64,000 nucleotides of DNA, taken from NCBI GenBank assembly GCA_973851085.1, contig OZ316776.1:3658001-3722000 (forward strand), given 5' to 3'. The notes beneath the pieces were generated by a model. The model was not told the DNA's origin. It saw only the letters and a list, made by a program, of their open reading frames with translations, and ran no database searches. This DNA comes from Ptychomitrium polyphyllum. Taxonomy: Eukaryota. The position numbers were made by a program, and so were the translations under genes. Shown in pieces: positions 24,464 through 39,200 of this stretch (position 1 is the stretch's first letter; every line of letters begins with the position of its first letter).

Positions 24464-27400
24464 TCACTCTCCATCTGGCTCCGTTGGCGTCTGCGGGGAT
24501 TGCTGGAAGATTCGGGCTGCATGTGGGAAGCGGGAGCCATCGCCGAAATCCGGGTCTGCTGCCACGCGTGCAGCCAGGTCATTGCATAGTACAACCAAGT
24601 AGGCCTGCCATCAGCAGGATGCACCCATCCATTAGGGTATACTAGCCTATAACCGGACAAGGAACACTATTGATTACAGGATCTATGCTAAGAGATTTTT
24701 CACTGCGTTCATATTATAAGTGTTGGAGTCCAAACATGTTGGGTACAAATCACCAAGGTTCACAGCTCATGGATCCCCTCAAAATGTCTGTGTAACATAT
24801 ACATGACATGACATTTGACTACTATACCCATCCCATTGTCTTCGCATCTCAACCGTGTAAGGCTTCCAACTACTGTCCGGATATAGGCCAATATACCCAC
24901 AATTGTGCACATACGAAGCAAAAGAAATGATGTGGCCCAAAACAGCAAACCAAGACCAAACAGCAAGCTGAGCTCTAAGCCCCCCCTAAGCATGTCCGTC
25001 ACAAGACTACCCTGGCCCCAGAAAGCCCTGTAAAGGCACAAATCCATTTCGTACTGGAAAAACAGAGTATCGAACCAAGACAAGGACTTCAAAATGGTAC
25101 AGCATCTTAGCATCCTGCTTGTGCGCTATCTATGCACTTAATCCAGCATTATCAAACATCGTCGTTACCAGAACGAATGCATATCTATAACATATAACCC
25201 GGACTTACCAAAAAGTTGTGTTAGCTGTGTCTAGGCTATAGCCATCTACAGTAGACTTGATCTCAATCAGGCAAACACAAAGACAAACGTGGAACTCGAT
25301 ACTCATCCGCTATTTAAGAATAGACCTAACAGTATCGTGAGATGATTATCGTCTATTCAGATCCAAAAAAATCAACAGCAGCGGCACCGTAGTGAGCATC
25401 CAGAAAGATGGTTTCTACCTTAAAAATTCGTTTTTCCCCAAAAATGACCAAGTTCATGTCCATAATGAAGCAAAGGCAAAAGCTGCAAGCTGCATCACTC
25501 AATCTGCCCCTACAATGAGGTTGAGGGTGCAGGCCGTGCCTTTGCAGGTGATTCAGGAGTCGCCCACATTGCCCAACTATGCACCCTCAAGTGGATCACA
25601 GCCACCCTCCTACTTATTCTCAAGTACACAATGCCCGATTTGAAGGGAAGCAAGCATAATTACTTCAGCGCACCACGTGACCAGTATTCAAGGACTTGAC
25701 ACAATGGGGGTGAAGCAAACTATCATGCAACAATCTAGGTCATCAGAAGTCATACCAGCATTCACATCGACAAACCGACTGCAATTGCACTGCCAGCTGA
25801 ATACTCTACTTGTGTAGTTCGTGATCTGACAGCAAGTTTTGACGTACCTCGGCAAGTCCATCAACTCGTACCGCCTGTTGGGTCGAGTCATCCGTACTGG
25901 TAGTCCCATTATTCCCTGAAATCTCTGCACTTGCAGCATCAGCCAAGTCTCGTAGAACAACATCTGCTGATCCTCCATCCTCAAGCTTCTCTGCTGCTGC
26001 CTCTACCGCAGTCTGCACAACCCCTCTCCAAGGCTTGTTATCGGCCCGTTCAACAACGAAAAAGAACCATCATTTCTCAAAACGAAATGTTGCAAGAAAA
26101 CATCTTCACCGACTGACTACTACCAACTACGAGCTGAACTAAAAGAGATCCTTCCAGTACATACTTCAGCAGTATCACCAATCAACTGTGGCGGCACAAC
26201 AATGCATTGGGTGATAAGCTAGATGTGTTCATAAGCCAACCACAGAGTGAGATGCCAAATACATTTCGACTTCAGATACCTGTTTCAATACCAGGTGAAA
26301 CAAAATGCTGTCGGCATTGGGACTCAATAAGACAACACCTCAGATGGGACATAGAAGCAATGAGGAGCTTAGGATCACGGTAAAGCATTAGCCACAAACC
26401 TTTTGTCTTTTGCCAGCAGGTGCTCCACGGCGGTAAACATCACTCAATGGACGCTGAGATGGCATAGACTGCTGAAGTTCTTCATCAGCTGCGATTGTTT
26501 CACTCCAGCCAGCTGCTTCCTCCTACATTTTTGATAACGATTCTTCACAAGTTAGCCATGTAACTACCGATTGGACTCACATGATGCATCTTTTCACTCT
26601 ATACCGCGTTTCCAATCATGGATCCACCCTTCCTACGCTTGCATAGAGGGAGGTTTCCTCAGTGACGGCCAGGTCAAAGAAAATCCGAGAACCAGACAAC
26701 GAGACACAAATACCAATTTCGTATTTACATGCATGTAAGGAATGACGGCAGCCATGGGGTTCGCGTCTTTGCGAACATTTTGCTCACCGGTGTTAGAGCA
26801 CCTTGCCATCTTTCAGACTCGGATTCCCGAGAAGCGGTTGCCCTTCCTGCGCCATCAGTAGACGTTCTAGTACTGGTGCCTGCTGTGGAACCCGGATATG
26901 CCACCGAGGATCCTCCATTCAGCATTTGCGTAACTACAGGCACCACATGCTGCAACATACCTGACAAATCTAAGCCACCAGTTGCAGGTCCACGGCGGGG
27001 CCCACCTCCTCCTTCCACATCACCAACCCCCTGCATCACCTGTTGAACGAGATTCTCCACTACAGGACTCCTCATAAGTTGCCCTATAATACTCGGGCTG
27101 CTCTGCTGCCTATCACCACCTCCTCCAATTGCTCTCACAAGTTGGCCTAAAGAAGGCATGGGCATGCTCATCCTTTGATTCGTGTCATTTGCCAGATCCC
27201 TTTGTGCTCGCAGGCTCTGCAGAGTCTCCTGCACTGCTTGCCGCTGTCCATCCTGACTGGACTGCTGAGCCTGCCGCCGCCTCCTTCCCTGCACACATTA
27301 TATGTATGCTGGTTTTCAATTGCGTATTCACACCTTCCCACGTTCATTGCCTCTAAGCACAGCTGCGAAGCTGTGCTATGACTCTGTACACAACACAGTC

Positions 27401-30400
27401 GAACTGTACAGCGTCCCCTCCACCATCACAAAAGAAAGAAAAAAAACCCCGAAATACTTACGTGCCCAGGTGTGGCGGCACATTGCTCGAAGAAAAAGGG
27501 AGGGGGAATTTTTTTTAAAACAACAGTCACTTTAGTATCAATCACCAGAAACATGTACTAACTCACCCTTGCTGGGAGAGGCTGAAGGCCCCCAAGCCCA
27601 AGTCCAACTGGTGCAGTAACGGATGCATCCAAAGTTTCCCCACTAGGGTCACCACACCCACCCGCTTCCAATGTCTGCCCTTCAGGAGTAGGGTGAGGAC
27701 TCGACCCTGGCCTCTCATTATCCCCACTCACTTCATCTGACACCATGCTCGTCACCCCAGAATCCAAAGCTGGCTCAACAGACTCCCCGTTGGGCGACTC
27801 TCTACTAGCCTGTGCATCTTCTGTTGGCCTGACTTCAGCTTCTGCTTGCCGTTCGACTGTGGCTGTGCTTGGCGGCTGCTGTGGTTCAGAATTCGACTGC
27901 TAGAAAAATCACCTCACAGATTAATTCATGTTCCTCCCTCCCTCTCTACCGCGTCATGAGCACCATGGCGCTCACACTCGCATAACCTGTGAAGCCACAG
28001 TGGTCCACTCTACTCATCCCTATTGGCCATCTATCTACTCGTGTCAATACTCCACATTGTTTACAATATGCGTCGATTTACAGCCTCCCTTCATCTAAAC
28101 AGAGTCGACCAGATGACCTCGCAGTTGGCGACAATTTTCATGCAAGACACTTCCTAAAGCACAAACGTTCAGCTTTTTGTTATCTCAGCAAGGACTGTAA
28201 GAATAGAACCTGTTGTTGAAGAGATGTTGGAGCCCCTGACTGTTGGAGAGCACCGGCGAAATGTTGCAGAAGTGGTGCCAAAGAACTCATGAGATGCGCA
28301 ACTTCACCATTCCCAGTCCCGCTTCCAGCCCCACCGCCTTCCCCTGAAGCCATACGAGGAATATCAAACTCTGCATTAAATCTCACTACTTCGTCCCACA
28401 TTGAATCGGAAGCTGCAGCAATGAGAAGCCAGTGAGGGTCTATCAAGCCCAATGCTCAGCTTCCACTAGCAGTAGCAGCAACCATGAAGCCGCTTTCACG
28501 GGTTAGAGTACAGAACGAGCATGCCAAAGGACCCAGCTTAGAAGGATGTCCACCGAAAATAACCCCCAAGAGTCAAATTCTAAACACCGGAACATCCTCT
28601 AGTTCACAACCTCTAGTCCGCCAATAGGATGCACGGCTGAGTAGCTAACCAGAGGCTGAGCACTATTGAAGACTCGGTCTACTGGGGTATCATCTACACT
28701 AAGGACCTTGATAGATACTGCAAGAAATAGAGCAACACTGATGAAGCATGCCCAACAGAACCCCTGCTGATGACGGTTATTCACTGCCTAATAGAGCAGG
28801 GCACAAAATATGTGTGTGTGTGTGTGACACAAAAGTACAGTTCAGCAGAACAGCAAAGGCGCCGAAGTATGAAACTCCATACCTGGTAGACTGCGACTAA
28901 CTTGATCCGTCTGCCTAGATGAGCCAGTGGAGGCTGAGGGCGGAGGATACATAGCAGGAGCGACAGGTGTATCATTCGGCGGGTTAGAGACTGGTCGGAA
29001 ACTGAACTGATGCTGAATCCTTGCAAGCAGGGGATCCACATGATTGCCAGAAGGAGGATAACCAGCACCACGAGAACGAACAGGGACCACTCGCATAGCT
29101 CCATTCTCGTCGAAAGTCATAAGAGCACCTTGCATTCCAGTCGAACCAGAGGAAAGGCCGCCTGGGACTAAATTGGCTCCGTCGACAGCGTCATTGCTGG
29201 AACGATTTGGGCGACCAGGTCCGCTCGCATCGTTTGGTGCTGCACCGGCATGCGATGCGTTCCTGGGGTCTGCCCGCTCTAGGAGTTGCCGCACAGTGAA
29301 GCCAGTGCCACCAGCTGGTATGCGAACATGTTCCTCAAATGAGAAGGGTCGTGGAGGAGAAGAGACAGAGGAAGAGGGAACAGCAATAAGAGCCCCAGGA
29401 TCGCTTGTATGGATATGAACGTGAATACTTCTAGGTACTCCAGGTACACCAGGTGATGGACCCAACGTACCAGGAGTGGATGGTAGACCGGTTCCCACAG
29501 CCACACCACCTGCCGATTGTGGCGGTAAAGACTGCAGAAAACCAAAAAATAAAAAGTAAATAGTCAGGCAAAACCAGATAATCAAGATGAACTATAGCAT
29601 GATGTGAGGCCCATGGAAGTTTTGTATGGTAGACATACTAATCCTCACAAGTTAATGTTTGTACCCCACTTCTATTTTCATATAGCATTGATCCTTGTAG
29701 CAAGTCGTTACTTGCATCAGTAAAACCTGACCACCTCACAAATTCCTTCGCAGTACAACCCTTCCCAGGATCTTTCAATCATAGCATCAAATTGCTGTAC
29801 AACTCATTGCGTTACTCCCTGGGCCCACTACTTACAATGTTGTGACGATGCATGTCAGAAAGATCAAAGACTTGTCGGAATGAAGCAACATTTGCACCCT
29901 GCAAGTGTTGCATTATCAAAGGACGAAACAAACACACAAGTGATGATGTCAAGTGATGATAACGCAACCAAAACTGCTTCAATCACTCTCTGAACTTAAG
30001 ACGTCAAATACGTAAAAAGCTTTGCAACGAACCAACACAATCAAAATGGTAACAACGCGTGGACGTACTAACCTGAACCATCATTGGGTTTGGCCCCGTC
30101 GGAACAATGAAGACAGCCGGCCCTGAGTTGACCTCAGACTCGCTCTGCAGCACAATCACAAAGACGACTTCAATCTCGTAATTGGACCAGTGCCACTCAC
30201 TTGAAACGCATGGAAATTGTCGGGACCACACAGCCTACTTGGTTTGTACTCGTACTGGTGCAAATCAGCGTGGCAAACTCTGCTCTAGTGAAGAAAAATG
30301 GAGTAAAGTCTGGAGAGCTTACAGGAGATTGCCCCATGCGAAGGGACAACGTGGCCCTGCCCAGTTCTAAAAGAAGAGCCCCTATTTGCTGCATCACGTT

Positions 30401-33400
30401 GCCATCGTGATATGCTGTATGCTGCACATCGTCCCGCGCAACAGCGTCGAACATTGTTGGCTCGCTTTCCAATCGACTGGCAAGCCGCTGGCAAGGATAA
30501 ACTCAAGCAACTAAGAATCCACACTTTTCTAAAAACGTTCTGGAGATGACCAACTAACGAAGATTGCTAAAATCAAAGCGACCAATTGCAAACGGCAAAC
30601 CCAGTCATCACTTCTCCAAATAAGATGCTCTGCACAAATATAAAAAGCATTCACTATCGTGTCTAACACACACAGATCCAAGACAAGCGACAGCAACAGG
30701 CACATCAGTCCAAATAACAAACAAACATTAAAAACAACACCACTTACAGAAAGCGCAGAGCTAGCCTGGCCACGCAGCAAATTGTTCACTCGATTCACAA
30801 GGGCTCCTAAAGCAGCTGGTGAAGCTCCCCGTCGAGGTTCTTCTCCAGCGGGACGCACATCAGTAGCCACCCTCCCTTCCGTGGGACCAATGTCTTGAGA
30901 ATTGGTTGTCCTTGCTGACTCTGCACCAAGGGGAAAAAAATCGTTCTCAACTGCTACCTCAAACAACCCAAAAATTTAACAGGAGAAGCCATTCATCCAG
31001 TACACAATAGACCAACATCCACTCCCAATTGCACACACACTGTGTACTTGAAACTGTACATCACAGAAGGCTGAAGCAAAATCTCCAGGACGATACTACT
31101 CCCCAGGGCTTATAAGGACCCTCAATTCAGCAGCGGCGATGAAAAATTTCCCAGACCCTCCTACACGACAAAACAGCTAGCCCTGTAAGTTGTTCAAGAA
31201 CTGAAAAAGGAGTTACCTTCTGCAGCAAACGACTGCTCCAAACGGTCCAAGTACTGGGACATGGTTGTCAAAGCGTCAGGGACAACCTGGCAAAATATAT
31301 AGAAATGACAATGTATAGAGCATTATCGACTGCACCCAAGCTTGGTATAATTAAACTTAGTCGTCCCGCGCGAATGGCCCCCACAAATGTCCAACATAAG
31401 GAATAGACTTCAGAGCCATGTTACGGTGAAGGATGAGATCCACGTCCTCCCAAACTCCGTACCACTCAAGCGAATTGTGACGAACAGCCCGACACTGCCA
31501 CAGAGAAACTCACCACAGGACCCTGAACCACACGAATGGGACTTGGGCCCGTGGTTCCGGCAGAATTAGATGGCATTCCATAGAGCGCGTCAATCTGCAG
31601 CTCTAATTCACGAACACCAGCATCTTGGTCACTCCCATTGTTTCTACCATCAGCTGCCCCGCCATCAACGCCACCAGGTGTGGGTAACACTCCCTGCAGT
31701 AACAGTCAACAACTGTATCAACGTAGCGTAAACAGGTTGCCTACATTCATGCCAATCACTAATCAGCTCTTGCTACGATGTCGACCCTGAGGCTCCATGC
31801 TGACTTACTCTGCGTGCAAATCGAAGGGTCTAATTTCAAGAATGCACAGGAGCACGCTCAACCACAGAAGGTCGTGGCAACAAAAGTATGCAGTTCAAGC
31901 TGCCGTGCGGGTGCTAATTACCATCATCGTCAATATCATAAAGCCTCTAAGTCGCTGCACAATGTACTGTGACCAAACGGACCAGATCCCATAGTTCTCT
32001 GTTAAAAATCGACATAAGCTTAAAACACATAACGGATACTAGGAAAAGAGTTCAAGACTACTTTCACCAACAAATAACCTTTGTTGAACACTTTCTTATG
32101 AAATTGCGTGAAACCACGTGCAAGGCAGACGTGCGTGAAGATTGTGCGGGGTTGGACATGAAGCAGGTTGAATGAATGTCACTCACTGTGGTAGAATTAT
32201 CAGTGTTCCCTGTACCACCTTGCAAAGGGACACCACCATGCATTCCAATGATACTGGAAACTGCATTTATAATCTGCAGTGAACCCCCAAAACTGTGAGC
32301 TTATTACCATTTTCAAGCGCAACAACACACACCATCATGAAAAAAACCAACGTCCCTGCTGCCTATAGGAAAAGACTGAGCTCCAAACACGCTGCGAATG
32401 TGCTAAGTAATGCAGAGAAACACTTCAAGAACAGATGAGACGATACAAACACGCAATGGCGATGCGCAATGACGAATCAAATTACACGACGGGGTTAAAT
32501 CCAACAAGTTCAAATTTAGTAAACAGGGAAATCGACAAGAGTATCACAGCTTGTTACTAACGCTGTTCAGGTCAGGCAGTTGCCCTTCACCGTTATCTGG
32601 AAAGTTGATAGTTCCCATCAAAAGGCTGTGTGAAACGTGACCAGACCTGCCTCCTGGTGGAGGCAGACCCGTTTCTCCTTGACCACCTGCATGGCCGTCG
32701 TGGCTTTCATCAGCCTCCGTCAAAATAAGAAGAAAAGACACATTATCACTTTATGCTCTGCTTCCCCAGAAACAAACAGCACGAATCAAGTCTGCAGCAG
32801 ACATGCAGTAGCAAGGAGTTTCTACAACAGACACAACCAATAGACAGAGAACGAGTGTGGACTAACCTTCACTGCTGGCAGAGCTTGGGCCAACTCCAGA
32901 GGTTGGCGGAGGCTGCCTAGCCACCAGATGCAACGTATGCCCATCCTCAACATCTGAATATTTTCTTTAAGGACAATTCTCACGCTCGAATTAACTTTCC
33001 ACACTCCATAAAAACGACGTGCGCCGTCATCTCAGGTTGACACCAACCCCGGGCGAAACAAACCCCCCACGTTTCCACAATCCCAAACAACCTGAGACTT
33101 AACTAGCATTTTCAAACCATGATGCAGTCGGTGGAGCTGCTACACTTTCTATCAGTGGACAAGGATACTGTAAGCAGACAGCAGCTGATCGTCTTTTAAA
33201 ACCTTTCCACGGCAGATCAGCCGCTGATTCTCCGCCGGCACTCCAACAACCGAAGCCAGTTGTTCCTTCAACGCAGGAACTGCCACCTACAATGCACCAA
33301 TCGTCCAAGTTGCAGCTTCAGCAGGAAAGAATTGGAAATATCCAGGTAGGACCCAATCAACACGAATGCTGATTCATTCCAACATCGAACATCACATGGC

Positions 33401-33680
33401 TCCAGGCCTGCACTCCCGTCGCAACGACCGACGTTCCGAGATGAAACAAAAAGGAACCAACATTGAGTAAAGACTACAGAACCGAAATTTCACCCGGTCG
33501 GTTGCAAACACCATGCAATGTTCAACTCAAGTTCTTACAAGAACTCACATTTTTCTCCACACGCAGCGTGTAACTTTGTGAATCAAGAGTTTTGATTTTA
33601 ATCTCCACAGTTTCTCCAACGCCAGTCTCACCCTCAGGCACCATCCCCAAACCGCTCGTGCCTTCATGGTTCGCCTCCAT
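24464..33680 (-). CDS. BAG6: BAG6/Scythe-like ubiquitin-domain protein, copy 2 (mirror copy)
   Basis: Mirror of 9854-19070. One non-synonymous difference was seen in exon 1: GMVPEG here vs GMVLEG in copy 1. Confidence 0.88.
32954..33168 (-). other. U12-type intron in BAG6-like copy 2
   Basis: Mirror of 10366-10580 (aaggatac on the + strand at ~33161). Confidence 0.8.
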
Positions 33681-36249
33681 GGCTCTCTTGATAGCAATGT
33701 AAGGCAATCACTGACGGAGAAAAGCCAGGCCCTGCCAAGCAACCGACCACGTAAGTCTCTGTCATGACAAGATGCAAATCCGACTATGCAGACTGACGGA
33801 CACATTCCGCGACAGTATGTCGTGCGTTGGCCCTCGAACGTACTCTACATCTTAGCCTTCAAGGTTCAACCAGGACACGCCAGGCATTTCCTTTTATTCA
33901 AGGACCAACAGGTCGTGCCTCAGCAAATGACGCGATGCCCTTGCGCCACTGTGAGAGCATAGGTGCACTTAAATTTACATTGTTTGCTACTGCTCCCCCA
34001 AAATTCACATCGGCTGGAACCACCTGCTCAAGCATTTGACGGTAATCGTTTCTTGATATCTTGAGCCAACGCATACGGCACGTAGGAATCACGGTGACTA
34101 TTGCCCGGCAAGAACCAGAGCTGGTTCCTGCAGTCCTCGACCCCTGTGTCGACGGAAAAACTACCGAAAGGACTCAATTTGCCCTCGGACATGCAGAAAT
34201 CCGAACTAAAGCGGTTAGGGCAGCCTCCTACTCCGCAGGTGCACCTCCAAGGATCTCAGAACTGCGATTGCACGTGGGAAAATCCAGCGCCGCTGCATTG
34301 CCATGAGCGTTTCCATGGACGCTGATGCATGAGGAGAAATGCAGTACCAGACGATAGACCGGTGAAATTCAAATCGGTCCTGCAAATACAACGAAACCAC
34401 CCCGAGCAACGGCACCGCTAGATTCTTCCGCGAGTGAAGCCTCTCCAGGATCTGGTTGTTCTGCGCAGGCCAGACAAGAGCGCCACAGCCCAGGCGCCCT
34501 AAAACAGGGCGTCGGTTACAGATCACGTTTTGCAGCGGCGACGCACTCTGCGTCCCAAGCCTGCGCCAAACATCGAACTCTACGAGCCCTGCCGCCCCGG
34601 CATTCAGTTGTAATTCCCCCGGTGCGCGAGTAGGTCAGACGAACCAAATTGCACCCTGCCGTGCACGAAGCCACGCGGTATTCTACACGCTCGTGACAGC
34701 AAAACCTCTCCGAGGCAAGGCGGCCAGCGAGGCCCGGCGAGGCAGAATCAAGGGACCGAGTCGCGCACCGCCGCTCCACAAAGCCCTCCTACACGTCCAA
34801 CGTAATGCATGCCATCCCGCCCCGACGGAATTGGCTTTCGCGTGCCCTAACCACTACGACGCACCCCGGGCTCGCCCGCCGCGGCAACCGATTCGCGATT
34901 GCGGAGCGCAGAAAACAGCCCGGCCGACCGACAACGGCCCGCCCGGTCGCAGCACAGGAATCCAGGATCCAAACACGGCGCCGCTACTGCTAATGCTACC
35001 GCTGCTGCGACTGGCGTCGGCGAGCGAACTGACGCCAGAGACCGGAAGACGGCACCCTAGCGATTCCATGGCGAAAGAAAGACAGAAAGGAAAGACGAGG
35101 GGGAGCGCCATCGGGAGAGGACGATGGCACGGCGACGTGTACCTGGTGCGAGTGCGCGTGCCTTAGGTCGGGCGAGGCTGCGGGGAGAATCCGGCGCAGG
35201 GGACCAGAGGAGGGGAGCGTCCGGTGGGGCGCCTGTGCAAGGCGTGTCCCTCGGCCTGGGTGCCTGCGTGCCGGGGAAGAGGAGCCCTGCGTTCTGGAAG
35301 AGAGAGGAGGGAGAGGGAAGGGGGGGGGGGGGGGGTGGGGGGGGAAGGGCGCAGGCGAAGGTTGGTGTCTCAAAATAAATTAAATTCCAACTCCTCACAG
35401 GGGGAGCGAAGAGCCGACGCCAGTGGGATGGACCTGAGTGGAGTTACCGGGTCGACGGCACAGACAGAAAGCACCCAAGCAGGCCAGCTCAGTGCCTGCG
35501 TAACTTACATCGGGGTGGCAAGCCCACGGAGAGGGGCCTCGTTGCTGCCCTGTCGCCCTCGCTGGCAGGCTCCCGTCTCTTCACCACGGCAGTATTCTAC
35601 TCTGCCTTGCTTATTATATTCTTATCCCTGCCGTGCGCCTGCCGCAGTGGGCGCTCGGGCCCCTGCTTTCCTTCGTCGCCGCCTGCCCAGGCCCGGCCCT
35701 GGCCCTGGTGCGGTGATTATGTTGTGATCGGTGCCGCGCGACTTCCACACTCGACGACCTTACAGCCCCGCCCCGTCGACGCTCTCTAGCGTGGAATGTG
35801 TGGCTGATGGCGGTGGATTGGAAGGGAGGAGTTTGGGATGGGACTTTGTCTCCGTGTATAGCGTGGGCTTCTCGGCCTGCATCCGTGCTGAAGGGCTCAC
35901 GTGGCTGGTTGTCGCTTGGGCGTGGAAGTGACTTGGCCTTCCGTGCGGGGTTCCCGACAGACCGAGTCCGGTGTGGTCCCCCGGGTTCTCTGTCTGGGTG
36001 GAGGTTGGATTGGGTGGTGTCTTGTAGGTTTGGTTTATATGTTGTGGTTTTTCTTATATTTGATTCGCGTTATTTTCCAGGTTTTTTTTTCTTATGGGGT
36101 ATCAGCGTTACCTGTTGAGTTGTGGATTCAGAGTGTAGGTGTGCAATTTCATGACTTAGATTGTGGTGACATGGAGTACAGATGTGTGTGCCGTTGCTTT
36201 TTGGTGCTTTATTGAGGAGTCTTGTGATTTTTGGGCTTGTTTAAGGAGG

Positions 36250-39200
36250 CTCTAATTTGGGTTTTCCTTAAGTTAGCGGAATAATTCTAATGATAGCCCT
36301 TAGTGTTTTTTAGGTTTCCAATATTTCCTTGAAAAATTTTCTACCCATAGAGTGCTTCATTGCATGTTTATAATTGTGAGGAATTTTGATCTATAAAATT
36401 TAGTCATGGTACATACTTGAGGTGAAGACTGCTTTTTAATGAGTAAATGTAATTCATGTATGGATGTTTCGAGATTGGAAGTTTTATGTGTGCCTTTGGA
36501 AGTATTATGCGTGCCTTTTGCATTTGAGGACATTTAAATATTAACATATGTTCATTTTAGTGACGATGATTTTGAAATATGCATATGCATGCAATTATTA
36601 TGCTTTGAATTTATTAATCATTTTAGTCTGGTATTGAAATTATGATTTTTATTAGTTGTATATTCACTGTTCATATAGCTTTCACCTGCTTTCTCATCCT
36701 TTTTTGTAAAAGAAAGTTCATATGCATGATTAATTACCATTGATTTTGCTTATTTAAAATTTTAAAAATATATAGTTATATATATTGTTTAAAGTTGAGG
36801 TCTTACATTCTAATCTTAAATTATACATGTAAAATTTAAAAATTGAGTATTAATTTTAGTATACACTATCAATCACATCTTTACATTGAAGAATTTCTAG
36901 TTTATTTAAAAGTTTTAGGTTAAATAGAGTACAATATATAAAACTTTCTAATTTTTTGAAGAAATCTAAATATAATTGTATTTATCATATAATACTTAAT
37001 TTTTCACATGATTTTAAATATAAATTAAAGACTGAATGTAGATGAGATCCGTATTGATACTTAATTTGCATTAATTTTTGATTATATGATACATTTTTAG
37101 AAATGAATATCAAAACTTCAAAATAAATTTTAAATAAATTCAATGTTTTTGAATTGAGTTTTAGTTTTAGCATTTAACATTAAATAGATGTGTCAGTTTT
37201 GCAATTAGAAGTAAAAAATTTATTAATGATTACAAATTAATGTTATTATGTCTTAATTAAATATCTGTTTTTTAGTAATTAAGGGAGGCATTAAGTTTTG
37301 AATATTTGTGGAAATTTTTATATTTTTGAAGTTTAATTATTGAAAAGATAATGTCAAAAATTATTTATTGTTGCATATTTTATGAAGCATGTTATAAAGT
37401 ATTATTTGAATTAAAATTTGTATTTATATTTGTACATTTTATTTAAATGAGTGGATGGAATACTGAATGATTGTATAATCAATTTATTGACATGAATCAC
37501 AAAATAAAAATAGCTACATTACATTCATGCTTAATATTCACAAAAAACTATTGTTATTGTTTGATTTGTATATTTCATTTCTATTATGGTTTATAGTATT
37601 AAATAATTTTTTGGTGAACTAATTATATGTCGTAAAAAATAATTATTATATAATTCATCATTAAGGATGATCAAATGTGAAGTGTTATTTCTAAATTTAA
37701 AGATTTTGTGATATTAGTTTTTAGAAACTTAAAGATTATTATGTTTTTTTAATTTTCTTTAGTGGATATGAATCTATTAAAGATTAATGGTTGAATGTAA
37801 AATCATAGAATTTGAATTTAGAGTAAATCATAAATTTTTATGATTTAAGAGAAAAATAAAGTTTTTTGTTTGTATTGCACTAAATCAAAAGAAAATTACA
37901 CAGAAATATAATCCTATTTGATTGTTTGAAAAGATGCATTTAGTTTATTTTGCTTTCAATGAAAGAAATTGTTCAAACCATCTTAAATGAGATTTATTTA
38001 TCTTTTTATTCTTAGATTAGTACCCTAATTTCAACTTTTTTTAAGAAATAGACTTTGTGTATGATTCTTTTAGATTTATGTACAAAGTACAAAAAAAACC
38101 TTATGATCTTGTCTTACCTAGCTGCCTATGTGTCCTCCAACCAAGTGCACTTACAATTGGCTTTAATTTTTATTTTGTACTTTTTATTTCTTTATATTAT
38201 TTATATTGATTTATTAATTATCATCCATTTTTTAATGTCATTAGATGTTTATTTTTAGCTTTTATCTTTTATTTTTGAAACTTTTAATTATTTTATCTTT
38301 TACTTTTGTAATTTTTATTACTTTTATTTAAAATGTAGTATTTATTTTAAATCTCTATACTTTTATTGTTCATTTTTTTTTTTTATACATGTAGATAAAC
38401 TTCCCTAAGATGCCATTATAATAAAGATGTGATAGCAGACTCATTGATTTATTTCATAGTTTTAACAATAAATGACTTTAATCACAAAATTTTTAAATTT
38501 AATTATTGTGTACACTTAACATTATATTTGCAAAATAATATTAGTATTTAACGAATAGAGTAATAATTTATTTTATTAATAATTTATTTATTTAATAAAA
38601 TCAAATGAATAAAAATTCAACATTCTTTTTTTAATGTTAAACTTCAATTTAATATCAAGCTCATATAATTGAAATTTTATTTCTGAATTAGTTATAATTG
38701 CCTACAATATTATAAGCCACATTGTGATTTAGTTGCTATTAAGACAATGAAGAGTGTCTTAAATTATTTCAACATTCAAATAATATACTTGAACTAAAAT
38801 ATCATTATATATTTACATAAGTAATTATATTTTTCAATTAACATATAAAAATAAAATTAAACCTTGAAACTACATTAATATTTATTTTTTTAGTTTTAAA
38901 CTAGGTTTTTGTGAAACAAATATGAAACACCTATTTGTAACATTCTTAAATAATCATAATAAGTCATATATATATTGAAAAAATAAATTTAATAATATTT
39001 GATAGTAAAAACGTATAACATTGAATATATGGAGGTTTAAATCTTGTTTAGTGATTCGTTGTACAAATGCGTTCAATTTTTTGTTAAAGAAGGTTTTATA
39101 ACAATATTGTACCTTAGAAAGATAAAATTATTCCTTTTGGATAGTAAAATATTGAAAAGGTCTTTAAAGAATGTTATGATGGTGGAAAAAACATCTATAT

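Larger units (their letters stand above)
23743..35790 (-). repeat. Right arm of ~12 kb inverted duplication (palindrome)
   Basis: Reverse complement of 7744-19791 with no net indel. Substitutions were seen at 33637 (vs 9897), 24364 (vs 19170) and 35787 (vs 7747). Confidence 0.97.

Noticed and set aside
7744..35790. Whole palindrome as a pure read-chimera or missed-adapter artefact
   Set aside because: The arms differ by SNPs, have different outer flanks, differ in 18-bp array copy number, and enclose a unique spacer reached from both contigs. An artefact is not fully excluded without reads.
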